Below are positions 23,441 to 37,254 of a stretch of 64,000 bases of DNA, piece after piece. This DNA comes from Phyllosticta citribraziliensis. Lineage: Eukaryota. How positions within the stretch are numbered: the stretch's first letter is position 1; every line of letters starts with the position of its first letter. The position numbers and the translations under genes were made by a program. Below the pieces are notes generated by a model that worked only from the letters and a program-made list of their open reading frames with translations, did no database searches and was not told the origin of the DNA. The DNA is taken from NCBI RefSeq assembly GCF_038025025.1, contig NW_027117339.1, positions 1,302,001 to 1,366,000 of the forward strand. The letters run 5' to 3'.

Positions 23441-23926
23441 ATGTCTCTGTCAACATCGCCGTCGCCGAAACCTCTGTCTTTCCTCGCCCTTTTTGCTACG
23501 ACCTTCATCCTCTTCCTGCTATGCGCTTGTCCCGCTTCTGCTCTCGCCGTGCCCTATGCTCCCGCACGCGCAAAGGCTTTGGCTGCCGTTAGAGGTACGT
23601 CGTGGTGGAATTTCTTTCCGCAGCACCAAACTAATCAGACTTCAGACACCGCTGTCGAGTCCGCACATTCGATACCCATAGCAGTGCCCGGATCCAAAAA
23701 CCTCCCCTTTGAGCTCCCGCCTTGTGAGGACGAGGCTGCTTGTGCCGAAGCTCTGTGGCGCGCTGGAAGCCGCGTGAACGCCCATGCCAAGGAGGAGATC
23801 ACCGATGACGATACCCACAAGGCCAGTGGCGGCAGTCGCGGCCAGAACCGCAACACGGCTTTGACGGAGCAGTTGAATGCGCGTCGCAGGCCGGGCGAAG
23901 CGCCCGAGTGGAGCCGTATCTTCTAA
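23441..23926 (+). CDS. Small putatively secreted protein (~144 aa spliced), unknown family
   Basis: N-terminal hydrophobic signal-like segment (LSFLALFATTFILFLLCACPASALA). Canonical 51-nt intron 23595-23645 (GTACGT...CTAAT...TTCAG) that preserves frame. Confidence 0.6.
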   Translation: MSLSTSPSPKPLSFLALFATTFILFLLCACPASALAVPYAPARAKALAAVRGTSWWNFFPQHQTNQTSDTAVESAHSIPIAVPGSKNLPFELPPCEDEAACAEALWRAGSRVNAHAKEEITDDDTHKASGGSRGQNRNTALTEQLNARRRPGEAPEWSRIF

Positions 23927-25572
23927 AGCCTCGAGGTCATCACTTCGGACGAATGTCTCTGCTGTTGTTCTTTTCCTTGTCGAAAGAAGGAGGAGACGAA
24001 TTGCCGTTCTTGTTGCTCGCTTTGCGAACAAACAAGAAGTCAGGTACATGGGAACTGGACACGGGCGCCGAATGATACGACGTATGAAGGAATGAGATTG
24101 AGTTTTGGTTTCCGGGATTCGATCGAACCACACACAGTCCAGTTGCGAAAGAGGTTGACAAGAATGAAAGTCGAGCCTGAGTCGGCACAACGTAGAGTTC
24201 TTCTTGGTATATAAGTGACTGGAGTTGGAAAGATGAATCGAGGTATCGCCGTTAAAAGCGTAGTAGGAAAGAAAGTAGACGGTAGGAAAAGGAATCCCAC
24301 CAGCCTACCTGTGACCGTGCTGCTCGTGTGAGGTTGTCAGCGCACGGTTCCCTGACTTCTCTTGCTGCTCCTCTCCAAGGCGTGGAAGCGCCAGTAAAAA
24401 CATCAGTCGCCCTATCATCCTGCAGTCATAGCCTCATGGTAGCGCAAGGCTGCTAAACCTATTTCTCGTGTTCGATAAAACATCATGTGTAGTGTTTGAA
24501 GGCTTTCTAAACGGATTCGAGGCGCGCAGTCGACCGACATACCTGTTGCTGTCATGCAACAATGGATGGCCACCTTGAAGACGGATGCTCGTTAGTAAAT
24601 TACCTTGAGGATAGCGAATTAACAAACGAAGAAGAGTTCAATGGTATCAGAAATACCACTACACTGGTGTGCAAACACTGCCCGGCCTTGAGATGGGCTA
24701 TGATACCGGATTGAAATATCATGCAAAGGGAATGAGCAGTTGAAAGATCGTGAGAGGAGCAGCATACCTTGTCTGCGACTGGTCTTGAAGCAATGCTGGC
24801 CATGCACGACGAGACATCGACATTACGATGGCTTAGCACTGGTCGTTAGCACTGAGACAGAAAGAAGCGCACATTCCATCGCCAAGCTTCAAGACTTTCA
24901 GAATTACTGATACACGACGGAATCTCTGTCGCTTGACGGTAACATTGGGCGGCTCATATATTCCGGAGATGAGTTGGCATCAAGTCAAGGTGCGGCGTGC
25001 TTTGCGTGAAGTAGGAGGCGCGAAGAGAACGAACCTCTGAGATGGGATAAGTCTGCTGGCCTGGAAAGGCCGACATCCATCATGGAGACGATGTCGGAGG
25101 TGGGCTCAACCTACCCAAAGCTTCGGGGGACAGCATCCTACCTATATATGAAGACCAGTGCGGAGCCACGGAGACTCTGTACTCATGCCCGCGACTGGGG
25201 AGGCCCTTGACGTTCACAACCTTCTCGTGGATACATGTGTTTCAACTTGCCTGGATTGTGGTTGACCGAGGCGCGAGCAACCAACCTCTGGGCCTGGGCT
25301 TGTCCTTGAAACCAGTAGACAATGTGCATCTGTCCACGAGCGAAGTGTCAGAGTGTCGTCGCAGCGGTGGCGCCGAGAAAAGACCTTCCACTTCCTTACT
25401 CAGGTCCACCCCCTGCGCTCGTCACGTTGTGATAAGACCCACTGCGATCGGATGGTGCTCTGCCTTATCTGCACGTGACTCCGCCCACCCCGGCCGGAGC
25501 ACTCGTCGCGCATCATCGCAGGCCCAGACGCACCACCACATTACCAAGATCACCTCCTGGAACACCGCGAAG

Positions 25573-26268
25573 ATGCTGTTCTTCAGGTATGTCTCTCCCG
25601 AATTTTCATACCTCGCGACCACTGTCGCCTTGCAGAACGCCTACCCGCGCAGCTTTGATTCCTCCAACGATTGCGTCTATTTACTAACTAACCTCATCGC
25701 GGGACAACAGCTTCTTCAAAACCCTTGTCGACCATGAAGTAACGGTCGAGCTCAAGAACGACATCTCGATCCGTGGCACGCTCAAGAGCGTCGACCAATT
25801 CCTCAACATCAAGCTCGACGACATCCAGGTCGTCGAGGAGCTCAAGTACCCGCACCTGGTACGTCCCATCCCAATTCCCAGTCCAGCCTTTCCCCAGGCG
25901 ACCGCTGTCTCACTATCCGCGCCTCCGCGATGTTCTGCGCATACATGTTCGAGTGGGCGTGATTCTCGGCCTGCAGCGAAGGTCTCGGCGGCGCGCCGGC
26001 AGCGCCACGGCGCGACACAGCGAGCGACGTCGAGGATATCTTCTGCGCTCGAAGTACGAGGAGCTGACATCGTGGTCTACAGAGCTCGGTCAAGAACGTC
26101 TTCATCCGTGGTAGCGTCGTGCGCTACGTGCACCTCCCCGGCGGCGCAGTCGACACGGCATTGCTCGAGGACGCAACAAGAAGAGGTGAGAAGGCGTCAC
26201 CCTTCCCAACTCCACATGCTGACTCTGGTGCAGAAGCAGCACAATCATCGGCAAAGGCGAAGGCGTGA
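25573..26268 (+). CDS. LSM2: U6 snRNA-associated Sm-like protein LSm2
   Basis: Exons 25573-25586, 25711-25858, 26083-26185, 26234-26268. Spliced product: MLFFSFFKTLVDHEVTVELKNDISIRGTLKSVDQFLNIKLDDIQVVEELKYPHLSSVKNVFIRGSVVRYVHLPGGAVDTALLEDATRREAAQSSAKAKA. Confidence 0.96.
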
Positions 26269-27256
26269 GTGGCACGAAAATAGCGATTTCCGAATTGAAT
26301 AGGCGTCATACGACTTGCGATATCAGTTGAACGAGGTGGACGGCAGAATGCGAGGGCAGGCCAAAGAAGAAGAAGGCGGCGGAGACGAACGACACAGGGT
26401 TTGAAGAAGATATTGCCTGTGAAGAGGGCTAGCAGATGAAAGCCCCCCAATCTGCGAACACCATATCCGGTGTACAAGAAGCCAGGTCCGTTTCTGCTGA
26501 AGCATTTTGGAATAAAAGTCGAAAAAGTTTCCCTGCACAGCCTTCAACAGCGCGTCCGACATTACTCTCTGCAGATTCTTCATCCTGCCAGGCCTTGCTC
26601 CATTCTGCGTACCTCTGCCTGGAGAGCCTGGTCACAAACTTCGTGTTCGTGCTTGTCGAACATGTGCCTAGTACTTCTCGTCCTCAGATCTCACGCAGAC
26701 AGGCCTTGCCGGAAGCCCCATCTCTGGCGCTGCGTCTGTATCTCGGGAGCGTTTGTCCACGACCATAAATGAGGCTACGAAGCTATCATTAATTACTGCA
26801 GCCGGACCGAGCAAAAACCGCTTCCTTTTGCACGCAATGTTACATCTTGAATGAAGATCAAGGTGACGTCTATAAATAGGTCGACAGGGAACGGTTGTTT
26901 GGACCACGCCGAGAGTGGCGGTGGCTTGCCATGAATTTTTCCAGGGACCACGAGATCGTGTTTTCTCCTGCGGCAGACCCGGTATGCTCGGGGTCGAGCA
27001 ATTGAACACTAATCGTTGGAGGAAGCTCCCGGGATCAACTGCTGACCAGCTACCACAGCACGGTCGTGGAACCAGACAATATCTACTGACTGACGATTCG
27101 GGAGTTTGTCATTTGTGAATGGTGGAATGGGTATCTACACTGAATGAAATCAATCGCAAAAGCAAAGGCGCAAAGGACAGTTGCCTAATCCAAGTCAACA
27201 GCCGCTCCAACGAGAAAGAAGACGCTTTCGCCCTCCAACCCCCTTCCCTTCTATCC

Positions 27257-29722
27257 TCAAGCCCTCGGCCCTCCTTGGTGCGCTTCAGCCTCAACCTCCT
27301 CAACTTCAACTTTGCCCTTGCTCGTCCGCTGCCTCGCCTGATCACCTTGAATCTGCTGAATCTTACCCTCGATCTGCTCCTTGGCTGATGACACGCCATC
27401 GCCGACCTTGTGCGCCGAGTTAATCGCCCACGCCTTGGCCGCGTTGACCCTGTCCGCGAACCACGCCCACCAACCACCGTCTTCTTCCTTGTCTTCCTCA
27501 CCATCTTGCTCCTCTTCCCCAAGACCGCCATGCAGCTTCTGGTCCATAGCGCCCTGGCCGCCAGCGGGCGTCTCAATCGCAACGCCGGAGCCTACGTCGG
27601 GCATGTCGAGGTCTGGCTCCGACACCTTGGGGGCCGCGGGGTCGGTGTGTAGCGCAATCATGGGCGTGGCTAGGCCGGCGACGGCTACAGTTTTGGTTGC
27701 TGGCGAGGGGACTGGCGGAGGTGTCTGGGGAGGCGTCGGCGTGCTGAGGCCGGATTTGGGTGGGTCATCGGGGGCCTCCTGCGAAGGGGTGTCCGAGTGC
27801 AGACCGACGGGTTTGAGAGGTAGGCGGAGGGTGCCGTTGTTGGGTTTGGGTTCGGCGCCAATGGTGTCGCAGATGATGTTGTAGAGCTCAATATTTTCTA
27901 TGATGGGAAATTAGTGAGACACTTGGAAAGTGAGGGCCTGGCAACTTACGGAATGGCTCAAGCCTGCTGCCGGGAGCATGCGGGAAAGCGGGTCCCCTGG
28001 CGACAAATATCGCTCGCATGAGAGGATGCTCGTGGTCATATCCGTGAAGGCCCCTTGGCTCGTACTCGGCACCTGTGCGAAGACCCTCCTCGATATCAAA
28101 ATCCTCCTTGGTCACGATGGCCCAGCCCGTCTTGGGTACAATCCAGAGCGGTGCAATCCGGTCATTCTGGTGGAAGTAGTACCTCTCCGGCATATCTTTG
28201 TCTTTGAGATACACCTCAATGTTTGCATTGTGCTTGGCCTTGTACTTGAGTTTTTCATAGATGCTTTCGACCTCGTCGGGGTTCTTGGGGCGGAGACCGT
28301 ATAGTGGCCATCCATCTATGTGCTCAATCAAGGACGGGTCCACGAGGTCCTCGAACTGAATAAGACGAGAAACGTCTGTTGTGGCCATTCCGTGGTCCGA
28401 AACAATGACCACGTTGACAATCTCGGTAAGATTGCGGTCCTCCAGACCAGAGAGTAAACTCGCAAGCATGTTGTCCACATCGGTGATAGTCTGGCGAATT
28501 TCAGTACTATTTGGCCCGTACTTGTGGCCATCAGAATCAACAACGGGTACGTAGGCCGCGATGAGCTGCGGGCGTGGTTGGTCTGCCGCAGAACGCTCGC
28601 TTTCAGGGCCTGGAAGATCCAAGAACTGTAACATTCTGTCGACCTTTGCCGACAAAACCTCAGACCCATTGTACTTGTCAATATGAGCAGCTTGAAATTC
28701 TCCGACCTTGGCCTCAGAACCGGGCCACATGTGTACAGCGGTCCTGATTCCTTGGGCTTCGGCTGTGGCCCAAATGGGATCGCCTCCCCACCATTTGCTC
28801 TGCATGCTCACAGCAGTGTTGGTGTAGTAGAACTCCTCCTGCTGTTTCGGATCCCAAAAGGTGTTGCCGACAATCCCGTGGCTTTCCGGATAAAGACCAG
28901 TCACCATGGTGTAGTGATTGGGGAACGTGACGCTTGGAAAGCTGGGGAGCATGTACTGCGGCGAGATGCCCGTGTCGATAAAAGTTTGTAATGTTGGCGT
29001 GAGCTTGCGCTGGAGGAAATCGGCGCGAAATCCATCGAGAGAAATTAGGATCGTAGTTGGTGCGAAATGCGACGTGCCATTCCATCGCATCGGCTGCTCC
29101 TCGTAATGCTTGGTCGGACGGAAACCGGAGATGCGATACGCAAAGATGAACAGAACGAGGAAAAGAACAGCAACCGCAAGATATAGCAAGAAACGTATCC
29201 AGCGCGAAGACAATGGCTTCTGGCAACCGCGTCAGTTATAGTGCCAACAAGTACGTTTCTAGGCCCAATTACCTTGCGCCTCTCGCGGACGTCGCGCACT
29301 CTGTGCTTGGTGACCTCTGAAGATTCCCTAGATGAAGAGCTCAAGCGCCCGCCTTCTTCCATGAGCCGACTGTCTTCACCGGATCCAGGCCGTCGTCCGC
29401 GGGCTCCATCTCTCCTCGACTTACGTCTGTCGTTTCGGAACAGTTGTCGAAACCCACCCAGGGGCGTGCTGTTGCTGCTTGCGATGAGATTCTCTCGCTC
29501 CTCTTCTTCATGGAGAAGCTCCAGGTCTTCGCGACGAACTTCCGCCGAGGTCCTGTCCTTTTCCGCGTAGGCATCCTCCTCTTCTCCTTCGTATGCGGTG
29601 TCGCTGTCGGAGTTGGCGAGCATCGGCTGCGTGCCCTCGACATCTTCGCGCCTTCTGCGCTCTTCCTGCTTTCGGCTACTGTGTGGCATGGTGGGGGTTG
29701 TTTGGGCTGTCTGATCAAGCAT
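27257..29722 (-). CDS. NPP1: Ectonucleotide pyrophosphatase/phosphodiesterase (type I phosphodiesterase, membrane-anchored)
   Basis: Exons 29722-29273, 29219-27950, 27897-27257; the start could instead be 29689. A TM segment precedes ILISLDGFRAD, PSFPSVTFPNHYTMVTGLYPESHGIVGN, VSDHGM, GLHGYD, RAIFVARGPAF, QNIELYNIICD. Confidence 0.9.
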
Positions 29723-30164
29723 GATCCAGTAGACAGGTAGAGTGGGAGTTGTTAGAAACAGCCAGCCGTTTTAAGATTCAGGACGCGGATGCCGCGGTTC
29801 CGCGTAGCGGGATTGCCAGGATACTAGACTCAGGGCTGCGAGTTAGACGGGCTTGGTAGCTCGCAGTACGGAGGGTTAATACTTACTGTAGCCAATGCTG
29901 GGGCATGATCACTCCTTATGGTTACTGGCTCAACCTCTTCGAGGTCAGGGCGTAGGTTGGGCCCCGGTGGTATGCAGATCTATCGGCAACGACTTTAGTT
30001 CAGTTGTCGTCGGCAGGAGCGACATGATCCCTGCTCGTGCGCCAACGGTGCAGTGGGTGCACCCAAGCTACCACAAGTACCGTATACACCAACGCAACCT
30101 TTCCAACCACCCACCGCCATCTCAAGCTCCCCTCTCGCGGGATCGCAAATCTCCATCGACCACC

Positions 30165-31266
30165 ATGTCCAGAGTTGACCTCATCTACCCGCCGTCAAAC
30201 CTCCCGCCCACCTCCGTCCTCCGCCTCTCACAACTTGCACCGCGCGTCCTAAGCAGCTCGCCGCAATCCTCGCTGCCATGGCCGCTCTCCCTCATCTTCA
30301 ACACCGAGTCGCAAGAAGTCTGGGCAACGCATGAGAATCTCCTCCTTTGCTGTGTTCGCACCGGCGACGACCGGGCAGCACGGCAATGCCTGGAGCGATT
30401 AACAGCGCGATTCGGTGCCGAGAACCAAAGAGTCCAAGCGCTCAAGTTCCTGTATGAGAGCGCGACGGCAGCGGATGACAAGGCCTTGCGCGGGGTTCTA
30501 GAAGAGGTGGAGAGATTGGTCAGAGAAGATCCTACAAATCTCGTGCGTTCTAAACACTCAATCTTTCCGACATGGCACTAATCGCGAGATATAGCTGCTC
30601 CGAAAGCGCAGAGTAGCCGTTCTTCGCACCCTCAATCGCCCCGCCGAGGCGACTGTCGCCCTCGTTGATCTCCTGGACTTCTCTCCCACCGATGCCGAGT
30701 CTTGGGCTGAACTCTCCGACCTCTATCTAGCCCAAAACCTTTACTCGCAAGCCATCTTTGCCATGGAGGAGGTCCTCCTCATCACGCCGTTTGCCTGGAA
30801 CGCGCAAGCCCGCATGGGAGAGCTCCTTTACATCTTTGCTAACGCGATTGGGTCCAACGACGGCAGCTCATTCAAGAATCTGTGCGAGGGCATGCGGAGG
30901 TTCTGCCGCAGTGTCGAGCTTTGCGACGACTATCTGCGAGGCTACTACGGGCTGAAGCTGGTACGACCCCAAAAGCCTCAGAATATATGCATTTAAATTA
31001 TACTGACCACCATCCAGACCACGAAACATTTACTTGAAGTCCTCTCCAAAATCTCCACCAGGCAAGCCGTCGCCGACCCGCAATCCGGAGATCTCGCTCC
31101 ACCTACCACGGCCACGGTCGAGAAACTGCACGAGCTGGCGACGACCAAGCTCGCTGAGATAGTGCGCAAAAGCAATGCCAGGGAGTCGGGGTGGGATTAT
31201 GACACCGCGGAGGTGATCGCGGCTAGAGAGCTGCTAGACCGCGACAGCGCAGATGTGATACGATGA
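30165..31266 (+). CDS. EMC2: ER membrane protein complex subunit 2 (TPR protein, Oca3-like)
   Basis: Exons 30165-30542, 30595-30960, 31018-31266. Motifs: CLERLTARFG..N.RV, DPTNL..RKRRVA, SPTDAESWAELSDLY, AIFAMEEVLLITPFAWN, RFCRSVELCDDYLRGYYGLKL. Confidence 0.86.
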
Positions 31267-32243
31267 ACGCATGCGGACGACTGTGTTTCTTGGACGCTCG
31301 TGGAGCTGGATTCATGACGCATGCCCTGATTGGCATCAAGCGGATCCAGCTACAAAGTGAGGATTGGATGGCCAGCGAGGGCCAAAGCGAATGTCGAGGA
31401 AATTCCAAATACCGACAGAACGACAGAACATCGTCAATTGACACTATCAAAAGAATGAACTGTGCCGACTCTGTGCCCGATCAGGCTTTCATCGTTCTGA
31501 AAGCACATTCAAAGTGCCTAGGCTGTACTTGACGTTTCATCCTCCACTTGACATCTTCGCAGCCAGCTTCCCTTGACAACGATTCGATGCTTTATCTCGC
31601 TTCGAGCAGTTTGTGACACCGCCGAAGTCTGCCACTTCTTCAACGGAGCCCTAGAAAGAAATTAGCATCAAAACACCTTATCTTAATCTCTCCATACCAA
31701 ACGACCCCTTGCTTCCTACGCACGTTCACATTCACAACACAGGTAGACATTTCTTTGCGATGATGATGGTGGTGGAGCCAAGTCCGGCCGATTCAGGAAT
31801 CGGCCCATTATCTGATTTGGTTTGCTCTCTTTCGGGGCAACCCATAAGAGGAAGCAACGCCCCCAAAAACGTCTAGTAGTGGCACAAAACGCTCGCTATC
31901 ATAAAGCTCATCAAAGGGGGGGGAAACGAAAAGAGGAAAATAGGAGGCGCCTGCGTATCCCGTCTGCCCATACGTCCGCCGCTCCAGTGGGGAACAAAGG
32001 CCAGATTGTGTACCACCATCGCATGGCTTCTTTGGCTCCCACACCCACGTGAACGCCCTCGGCCACGCGCCTGTGTTGTTCCCTGGATGGCAAACCGCTC
32101 CCCAACATCCAAACCTTTGGACATTTATAGTATCACATATAGGAAAGAAGGCCTCCATTGGCGTGAAGAAAACAGGTGGTGAAAAGAATAAAGCACGCTC
32201 CTCAGGCCCCGAGCGTCGTAGGCTCGACCGCCTCGAGTACCGC

Positions 32244-35200
32244 TCATCGGCTGCCAACTTGGCTCTGCTGGCTGCCTTGAGCCTGCATGCCGGGTGCTCG
32301 TGGACTCCCCTGGTGGCCGTGAGGGTTTTGTGGCGTTGCACTCCTACTCTCGGGTCTCACGCTCCCAACACCCGGGCTAACTTGACCACCCTGACCCGAG
32401 TGTTGCTGCTGATGTTGCTGTCGTTGCAACATTTGCTGCCGCTGCAACTGTTGGAAAGCTTGGTGTTGAGCATTGCCGGGGCTCACACTGCCGCCAGCGG
32501 TTGCAAGGCCTGCGTGCTGCTGAAAGGGGCTCGGCGTCAAGTGCCCTGAGGCACTTGCTGCTGTGCCAGCTCCAGTAGCACCGGCTGCAGCGTTCAAGGC
32601 ATTCTGGCGCGCTGAGGCCATCTTTTGACTGATGCGGTCCGAAGCCATACGTGACGCTGCCTCGTGTGACAAGTTAGGATTTGAGACTCGAATCTCGTGC
32701 GTCAAGTTGGTAATTTGCGGAATGTGTCCGCTGGAGAGTGCCTGTGGAAGGGGACTCTGAACCGCGGCCGTCATTCGCGGGGATTCAGAAGAGCCTTGAA
32801 TGCCATTCATCCTGGGAGTGGTTGAATCTGTCCCGTTCATCTTGGGGGCTCCAATGGAGGCCGCAAGCATGGAAGCTGATGGCATATTGCCATTCATGGG
32901 CATGCCGGCCAAGTTGTTTCCTTGTGCCATCTGTTGCTGCTGCTGCTGCTGCTGTTGTTGTTGTTGCAGTTGAAGCCTCTGCTGATGTGTCAGGTTATTG
33001 AAGTTTTGTCTTTGCAGGGCCATGCGCATATCCTGAGTCTGCTGAGGCTGAAGACGTTGTCCCTGCATGTTCATTTGCATTTGTGCTTGCGGCATGCCCT
33101 GCACGCCCATTTGCATGCCAGGAACGCCGTTGGCCATTCCCTGCATCTGGGCTGGATGTGGGCGGCCTTGCATACCCATACTTGGATGTAGCTGCCCATT
33201 TTGCGCCCCTTGACCCGTATTGGGCTGACCGTGAGCGTTGCTGGGAGTTCCATTGCGCTGCTGCGCGGGTCCGCCAGGCTGACCAGGCATCTGACCGGGC
33301 CGCGCCATGGCTTGCTAAGATGGGATCAGCTTGGGCAGGATGGGGACTCTGGAGTGGTAGGCTCACTCTTTGCGCCATGAGCATCTGTCGCCGCATCTCC
33401 TCTTGACGCTCCTGCAGCTTCTGCTCACGGTCATACTTGAGTTTGGAAAACTCTTGGGGCGTGTAAACACTGGTCTTGACCGGAGCGGCTTCGTGAGCCT
33501 TGCGCATGGCAGCAGCTTTTGCGGCTGTGTCATGATTAGCGAAAATCCGCCAATGCAACGTGATCCCAACCTACCCTCCTGCTGCTTGTGGGCCGCAGTC
33601 TCACGCTTGCGGGCTTGCTTCCTCATTGCATCAATCAACGCCAAGTATCTCGTGTTTTTGCGTCTCTCAACGCGAATGGGCTGGGCTGTGCGGCGGCGCG
33701 GAGGATTCATTGGTTGGCCATTTTGCTGTGCTTGTTGTTGTTGGGCCGCTTGGTACTGTGCTGTCACGGTACGAGCAGCAGCCTCCAATCTCGCGTGGTA
33801 GGTCCGGAAGTAAGGAGTCTTGCCCATTTCGCCTGGGAGCCCTTCGAGCTGCATCCAGCGTTCGAAACATTCCCAAGGCGAGCGACGCTCGGCCCCTGCG
33901 GTGAACGTGGATGACTGAGCCAAAGCTGTCGCCACGAGCGACCAGTTGAATTGGTACTCCTTGACAAGCGCTCGAAGCCGCTGGTCCTCGTCCCACAACC
34001 ACAACGATGGATTTCTCGACTCGAAAAAGGCTGTAGACGGCATGGGAAATTCCGAGGGAGGTCTGAAAGCGTGTCCAGCATGTAATCGGTCCCGCACGTG
34101 TCGATTTTCTGGGAGAAACAATGCAACGTCTGATTTTTCGGGGGATAATCCAATCTTTGAGAAACGGAGGCTGGGAGTGGAAGCGTTCGATCGTTCAGAA
34201 GTTGTGCGCCTGTGAGTGCCCGGCGCCTCTTCATCCTCTTCAAATTCGTAGCGGCCTCGTTTGCGCGGAGGCTCCGTAGACTGAGGCACAAATTTAGAAG
34301 TGACAACCTTTGAGACCGGGATAATTTCTGTCTCTGGACGTGTTGGATGGCCAACAACTGAGGGAGACTCGAGGCCTTCGAGTTTGGATTCGTACAATGG
34401 AAGCTCCGAAAAGAGCTTCTCGGTGGCCGGAGTTTTGTCAACATTCGCAACCACGTCATCGTATCCCATAGAAAAGACCGCGGCCGGCGGCAATGACCCA
34501 TGAAGATTGAACGGGATCTCGTCGTCTTCCAGAAAAGACTCGCTTTCGGTCTCGGTCAATCCTGATGCAACAAGTTCAGGAGGGGAGGGAATGTCCTCCT
34601 CCATCTGGCCCGGGGCTGGGCGTTCGCGGCGCGGGCGCGTGACCTTTACCTGCAACGAAGCACGCTTCTCTGGGGAAGCAGTGACCCAGTCTGCGCACCA
34701 CCTGGCCATGTTGCGGGCTGTTGCCATCTTCCATTTCCTTTCTTCGCGAAAGTCCGTTCGCATCCATTTCATCTGGGCAAGGAGACTATCATGGAAAGAG
34801 GCAGGTCTAGGAGGCTCGGGAGACTTTTCCATTTGCCGCAGCGACCAGCGGTTGGCATGCTGTAGAGTGTAGATCCGCTTAAGAATCTTGTAGTCCTGCT
34901 GTTCCCGAATGCTAGCATACTTGTTGGATGTCGTGTAAGTTTTCGTCGCTCGCTCGAGAAGCTCGCGGCAAGAGTTAAATGGTTGTGAATGGGCCTGAAA
35001 ATCGAACATTCCAATCAAGTAGTCTTTGTCGGGGTCCTGCGATGCTCCTTGGAGCTCGGCCCAAGCCTTGTTTGTTGCCAAGCCGTCCCTCATTACTGGA
35101 GTTTTATCATGCTTCGCAAAAATGACACCAGTAGTCCTGCTCTTGACCTTTGTCCGAGGCTCAGAATTCCGCGTTCTCGCAGTAGCCGCGGACGGCGGAC

Positions 35201-36949
35201 ATTGAATGGTTGACCCACTGGCACCACTACGTACTGCGAGTTCAGATGGACAAGGTGGTTTTGTAGGCTGGTGGCTAGCCCGTCTAGATTTTGGCGCTTC
35301 CAGATCCTGATTCGCTTCCGGTTTGGCATCTTCCATAGTTGTGTCCGGAAAGCTAGGAGCAACTGAACTCCCTTGCCGCGGGGCAGGTTCATTACCATCA
35401 TCCCCTTGTCTTGAAGGCGTACTCTGGACAGCATTGTTGATCAATTCGGCAGGGACGCTCTCCTTGCTCGCATCCCGAGAAGGGGACGGCGTCTTTTGTT
35501 CTTGGCCGTCCTCAAGAACAGCACCCTTCGAAATCCTTGGCTCCAAGACAGCTTCAATCCCTTGTTTGGTCAGGTCGGAGTCGGGGAACTTGGGACTACT
35601 CGGAACAACATCTCGGACTTGTCTGATAGCCTGCTCCTCTTCAAGACGCAGTTGAGCGTCTGGTGTGGCGTGTGGCTCAGTCGCAGCCTCCTCTCCCTGG
35701 GTTTCAGGAAATGGTGAACCTGAGGCTTCAATGCGCTCACTGCTTGGTGTCTTGCTCGGAACGTTATGGAAAGTAGCTTCGTGCGCGGAAGCGTCGTCTG
35801 GGCTTGTTGCAGGAGAATGCTGCTCCGCTCGCGAGGTGTTGGCGGAGTGGGGACCCAATGTGGAGGATGGTGAAGAGGCGACTTCACCATTTCCATTTTC
35901 TCCTACAGCAGTCAGATGCTCCTCCTCCTTGCTTGTGCGTAGAGCTGCCCGTTCTTGAAGGCGTTCGCGTATTCGTTGCTCTTGAACTTCCTTCGGCGGC
36001 AAGTGAATGGTCTTTGGTCTTCTCACAGGTTTCTCCTGCGCCTTCTCCTGCGCCACTGAGTCGGTGCGATTGGGCGAAACATGTTTGAGAGGTGGGGCGA
36101 CTCTCAGGGGATTTGCGACAGGTTCATCGACTCCAGTCGTTGAGTCTCGCAGTACGGGCGCATTCGGTTTCTCCGGCTCAGTCGTGGGTTCCGATGGCGC
36201 GACAGGAGCGTGTTGGTCGTCGGTAGGGCGAGGTAATGATTCGTGCTCGGGAGACTTGGGTGGGGTAGTTGGAGCAGGTGGTGATGGCTTTTCAACATCC
36301 TTGGGGGGAGCCGGGGACGCGACACCGACTGGCGTTGGCACGTTTGCTGGACGGTCTTTGGCGCTCTCCGGAAGGTCACTGGTAGGAGGTGGATTAGGTT
36401 GAGAGGGCGTAGAGACTTCTATGGCTTGCTGTTGAGGAGAAGGTTGTGGGAGTTTGGTTGGTAGTCGAAAGAGAACAGGAAGCGGAAGAGATTCTTCTCG
36501 AAAGTAGCGACCTCTGGAGGTGCAGATGAGCATCCACGAATTAAAGCCGATGCAAATCGTGCAATGGAGAAGAGTCAAAGGTCAAACTTACTGTGCGATT
36601 TCATTTTCATCCAGAAAATTGGATTCGCGGGCATCAGGCGTCAGGGCGAGCTGGGTGGGTGGTGCCAGGCTTGAATTTATGTTTGCAGTGACGGTGTAGA
36701 GCTCCCGAAGCTTGCGTTTCCGCGATTCCCTAGAGTTGCTGCACGACCCGCCCCAAGTCAGCGACTGGAAATGAGATAACTCGACAACGCACGATCGAAA
36801 AAACACACGGAGCGATTTTTCTTTTTCGCATGGAAGCATAGAATAGATGCATGGGGAAATCTTTCACAAAAAGAGGGTTGTAACGTGACTTACAGTAACT
36901 CATGGCGTTTCGCTGCTTCCGCGCTCGAACGAAAGCTTTCTAGGGACAT
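32244..36949 (-). CDS. EAF1: NuA4 histone acetyltransferase complex scaffold Eaf1/Vid21
   Basis: Exons 36949-36894, 36738-36592, 36513-33575, 33524-33367, 33314-32244. N-terminal SRKRKLRELY; HSA domain (RIYTLQHANRWSLRQ, MKWMRTDFREERKWK); SANT/Myb region (WLWDEDQRLRALVKEYQFNWSLV...RRSPWECFERW); Q-rich tail. Confidence 0.92.
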
Positions 36950-37254
36950 ATGAGATGAATGCCCGATGGAACGACATCCGTCATGGGTATCAAGCGCCAC
37001 GGCGAGGTTTTGTGGCCAAAAAGTGCGAACACGGTGATGGATTCTGGTTCTTGGTGAGGATCGTGATTGCCGGGCGTCAAGTACTGGAGTTGTCGGCGAG
37101 GTCGGTGTCGCGCCGCCCCCGAGCAGCGCATGTCCCGCCGGGTAAGGGCGCGTTGTGACTTACCGCCCGCGGCAGAAAAGTTCCAGTCGCTGAGTCTCCC
37201 TCGTCTCCGTCTCAGCTAGCCCCAGTCCGCAAAAAACACCATCCTGCTCCGGAA

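Noticed and set aside
26323..27118. Short protein-like ORFs between LSM2 and NPP1
   Set aside because: The frames are interrupted by stops and give no consistent splice model.
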